64,000 nt of DNA from a virus (Duplodnaviria; Heunggongvirae; Uroviricota; Caudoviricetes): IMG/VR virus record IMGVR_UViG_3300044878_000136, positions 125,232-189,231 of that record; one strand, given 5' to 3'. How positions within the stretch are numbered: position 1 is the stretch's first letter; each line of letters starts with the position of its first letter. Position numbers and translations under genes: made by a program. The notes under the pieces are model-generated. The model had not been told where the DNA came from, did not search any database, and was given only the letters and a program-made list of their open reading frames with translations. This document shows positions 61,203 to 64,000 of this stretch, one piece after another.

Positions 61203-62822
61203 TTATACAGCCACTGGAATGTCCAAGAACCCCCGATGACTGTAACCGCTAAAGCTTACTGCGTCGAGCGTGAAATCATCGATCTCTTTGAAGTCACGTT
61301 CGAAGTGAATGCGAACATCGCAGTCAGGCATGGATTCCCGGCTGAGTTGTTCTTTGATCGCATCGATCTGGTTCACGTAGATGTGCGAGTCCCCACCGAC
61401 CCACGTCAACGACGCCGCTTCCATATTGGTGACGTGAGCGATCACATGCACCAGCAAGGCGTATTGCGCTACGTTGAACGGCGTACCCAGTGGGGTGTCC
61501 GAAGAACGCATGACCAGCAGGCAATGCAGATGGCGTGTTGGGATCTTGTAGTGATCGCCGTTCAGGATCGTTTCCATGTATTCGCGGAAACCAGCATCGC
61601 TGTCGAACTTGGCGATGAAGGTATCCGGAGTAAGGATGCATTGCTTATCCTGCCAGAGGATCGACAAGAAGTCATTCCAACAGTCACGCTCGCCGTACAG
61701 ATCTTCACAGACTTCCTTCCCGGTACGGTAGGAGGTCATGAACTGGAAGTACAGGTGGCATGGAGGCAATGCACAGCGCCACGTCAGACCTGGGTTCCAG
61801 GCGGTCACCAGCATACGGCGATCGTCTGGATTGGTGCGCAGCTTGTCGATGCAGTTTTGCAACTGGTCGATTTCACGGTGCATCACGACCTTGCCGTAGA
61901 ACTCTTCGGAATGGCTGACCCGGATAACCTGCTGATAGCCCTGCGCCAAGTAAGCCTTGACCTCGTCTTCATTGACGAGTTGGGTATCCTGCCAGTGACG
62001 CCATTGCGGACCGTAGCCACCAGGACCAATGTCAGCATCCAGCAACGGATAGGCTGGCACCTTGAGCTTGTTGAGGCAGATCCACAGCTGATTGACCTGC
62101 TCCATGTTGAGGTCGGTCTGGACGAACTCAGTGCCGCTCCAGATCGGCAACGTCATTTCGACACCACCACCTTCGCAATGGAACTCGCTTAGGTTCCAGC
62201 GGATCTGCGTCCACGTATCTGCGTCGTTCTTCGACACACGGGTTAGACGCTTCTTCAAGCTGACCGGCTTACCACCGCCTTCAGACACACGGGACGGGAT
62301 ACCCATCTCGCACAGGCAACGGTACAGTTCACGGCCGAAGTATTCCGGCAGCGATTTCCAGGTGGAGCGAGTACCGTCTGGATTGGTGACGTAGACGGTA
62401 AGGCTACCCAACACACCGCTCTTGGCGACATGCGCTTCGACGATCTTCTTGATCTCAGGACCGTGACCCTGAGCAATAGCGACGTCGATCATGTCTTGAA
62501 GAGTCAGCTCACGCTTGACCGGTTCGTCGTACACCGCAGTGCCCGGCATGAACCAGTCATCCCAAATCCCATTCTTGCGGTCACGCAGGAACTTGATGCT
62601 GGAAGAACCAGAGATGAACCACTCCATCTCTTCGCCCAGCTTCTGATCTCGCAGTTCCTTGGTAGAAGGCCACGGGTTCTTCTTACCACGCAGATCGAAC
62701 TTCATCGACATGGCAGGCAACATCAAGGTATCGACACCAGTGCGGTTCGTCTTGAGGTGACCTTCGTTCAACAGCTGGCTGTAAGTATCATGAAACGCTT
62801 TATCAACAGCATTCAACGTCAT
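61203..62822 (-). CDS. thyA: thymidylate synthase family protein with two large insertions
   Basis: NEGHLKTNRTGVDTL, DPDDRRMLVTAWNPG, catalytic ALPPCHLYFQF and DTPLGTPFNVAQYALLVHVIAHV all match ThyA blocks. It is 539 aa versus about 264 aa for canonical ThyA. An insert of about 190 aa follows the N-terminal block and an insert of about 70 aa follows the catalytic Cys block. Confidence 0.8.
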   Translation of the reverse strand: MTLNAVDKAFHDTYSQLLNEGHLKTNRTGVDTLMLPAMSMKFDLRGKKNPWPSTKELRDQKLGEEMEWFISGSSSIKFLRDRKNGIWDDWFMPGTAVYDEPVKRELTLQDMIDVAIAQGHGPEIKKIVEAHVAKSGVLGSLTVYVTNPDGTRSTWKSLPEYFGRELYRCLCEMGIPSRVSEGGGKPVSLKKRLTRVSKNDADTWTQIRWNLSEFHCEGGGVEMTLPIWSGTEFVQTDLNMEQVNQLWICLNKLKVPAYPLLDADIGPGGYGPQWRHWQDTQLVNEDEVKAYLAQGYQQVIRVSHSEEFYGKVVMHREIDQLQNCIDKLRTNPDDRRMLVTAWNPGLTWRCALPPCHLYFQFMTSYRTGKEVCEDLYGERDCWNDFLSILWQDKQCILTPDTFIAKFDSDAGFREYMETILNGDHYKIPTRHLHCLLVMRSSDTPLGTPFNVAQYALLVHVIAHVTNMEAASLTWVGGDSHIYVNQIDAIKEQLSRESMPDCDVRIHFERDFKEIDDFTLDAVSFSGYSHRGFLDIPVAV

Positions 62823-62886
62823 TGCTGACTCCTTAATGGAAAGGGAATAAAAGGCTAGGGAAAAACCCTAGCCTCTTGCACGTATT

Positions 62887-63681
62887 TTACACCGCCTGAG
62901 CGATGTCTTTTTGCATGGTTTCGTAGGTCTTGTAGTGGTCGAGCAACCACTCGTAAGACATCGGAGTACCATCGATACCGGCCTTGGCCAGGATTTCAGG
63001 AGTACGGTCCAACAGGAACTGCGACCAGTTCTCGAACTTCAGCTCCTTGACTTCAGGAGCGTCGAATTCCATCCAGGCTGGAGCGCTGATGTCGTCTTCG
63101 CCGGAGCGGAAAGTAACACCGTCAGCCAGTTGGAACACGCAGACGATCGCCAGGTGAGTGCTACCCACGTCGTCAGCTGGTTCGTAGATCACACCGATAT
63201 CGTGCATGATGCCGAACGGTGGTGGGATTTCTGCATCGACGCCTGCGACTTCGAAAGTCACCGGTGCTTGCAGTTGCAGTTCTTCGTACAGCTCGCGGTA
63301 GCCAGAGGCCATCACGGTCGCTACAGGGTCCAGCACGCCCTTCTCAGTGAAGACGAAGTCGATGATGTCGACATGACCGCCGAAGCCGGCCGAGTTATCG
63401 CGCAGACGGGTTTCGGTACCGTTCGAACCACGCAGATACTTCACGAACTTCTTGCCGGTCGAATCGACTACCAGCATGTAAAGGATCGGGTGGACGATAT
63501 CGAGATCTTCTTCCATCGCCAGACGGGTTTTGCAGACCACGTCAGGCGTCAGTGCAGCCAACACTTCCATCGGGTTCTGGATGGACAGACGATTGACCTC
63601 CAGTACTTGCAAGGCAACGGCCGACCGGTTGAAACCGAGGATCAGTTCCTTCTTCTTCGCGTATTCCAAATGCTGTTTCAT
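62887..63681 (-). CDS. hypothetical protein, possible Nudix-like hydrolase
   Basis: GGHVD...SGYRELYEELQL loosely resembles the Nudix box (GX5EX7REUXEEXGU, with G replaced by Q). Confidence 0.4.
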   Translation of the reverse strand: MKQHLEYAKKKELILGFNRSAVALQVLEVNRLSIQNPMEVLAALTPDVVCKTRLAMEEDLDIVHPILYMLVVDSTGKKFVKYLRGSNGTETRLRDNSAGFGGHVDIIDFVFTEKGVLDPVATVMASGYRELYEELQLQAPVTFEVAGVDAEIPPPFGIMHDIGVIYEPADDVGSTHLAIVCVFQLADGVTFRSGEDDISAPAWMEFDAPEVKELKFENWSQFLLDRTPEILAKAGIDGTPMSYEWLLDHYKTYETMQKDIAQAV

Positions 63682-63746
63682 GCTAGACCTATTTAACGGA
63701 TGAGAGACACACTACAGTTCGTAAGATACGTGCAGTGTGTATTCTT

Positions 63747-63965
63747 TTACTCCCTTCCGCAAAGTCGCATGAAGTCCGTGTATTCCTCATGGGTTTTGAA
63801 GTGCTCACGAATCTTGTTGTACGAGGTGTCGCCACACGCAATCAACTCACGCAGAACCAACGCGTAGGCATAGGCACCTGGGTTTTCAGCCAATTCATCG
63901 AGGAGTCCGAGTGCGTAGATCCTATCCTCGATGGTGGGGACATTCCCATTGTAGAGCCAGCCCAC
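63747..63965 (-). CDS. small hypothetical protein
   Basis: 72-aa ORF at the window edge. Confidence 0.35.
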   Translation of the reverse strand: MGWLYNGNVPTIEDRIYALGLLDELAENPGAYAYALVLRELIACGDTSYNKIREHFKTHEEYTDFMRLCGRE

Positions 63966-64000
63966 CTTAACGAGGAAGTTAGTGTCGGAAGGTTCTATAT

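Noticed and set aside
1-64000. CRISPR array, integrase, transposase or prophage attachment site
   Set aside because: No regularly spaced direct repeats and no recombinase-like ORF were seen. The repeats present are hairpin/box elements with variable spacing.

Overview
The window reads as a densely packed bacteriophage genome segment with about 55% GC, probably from a large virulent phage of a Gram-negative host. Roughly 105 protein-coding genes are supported. About 90% sit on the minus strand in long leftward arrays. Many adjacent genes have overlapping stop and start codons (ATGA), and many starts follow a conserved Shine-Dalgarno context. The plus-strand blocks are a collagen-like fibre gene plus an SNF2-like helicase (19-4494), two paralogous genes on isolated plus-strand islands (36781-38004 and 41769-43070), the class I ribonucleotide reductase genes nrdA and nrdB (43459-47174), and a tandem paralog pair (53285-54229). 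Recognisable functions are NAD-dependent DNA ligase, dCTP deaminase, thymidylate kinase, dihydrofolate reductase, an enlarged thymidylate-synthase homolog, an HD phosphohydrolase, a Nudix-like protein, a free-standing HNH homing endonuclease and a spanin pair (Rz/Rz1-like). Also recognised are an SPFH (band-7) membrane protein, a CX5R tyrosine/dual-specificity phosphatase, a ribbon-helix-helix (RHH) protein, two tandem minimal nucleotidyltransferases and a two-gene module resembling E. coli ygiB-ygiC (DUF1190 lipoprotein plus glutathionylspermidine-synthase-like ATP-grasp). No rRNA, tRNA or CRISPR array could be supported by eye. The intergenic DNA carries at least 20 GC-rich stem-loops flanked by a conserved CATAGAG/CTCTATGCTG box, two related promoter-like motif families built around a TACAT core, and an extended SD consensus AGTCCGAGGAGGACAGC. 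The most interesting candidates are the ygiB/ygiC-like module and the nucleotide-metabolism island with the expanded ThyA, which may point to modified DNA. Also of interest are the tandem nucleotidyltransferases, the RHH-membrane-phosphatase trio, the SPFH protein with an unusual N-terminal domain, the paired plus-strand paralog islands and the conserved hairpin/box element family. All functional calls are motif recognition by eye and need database confirmation.
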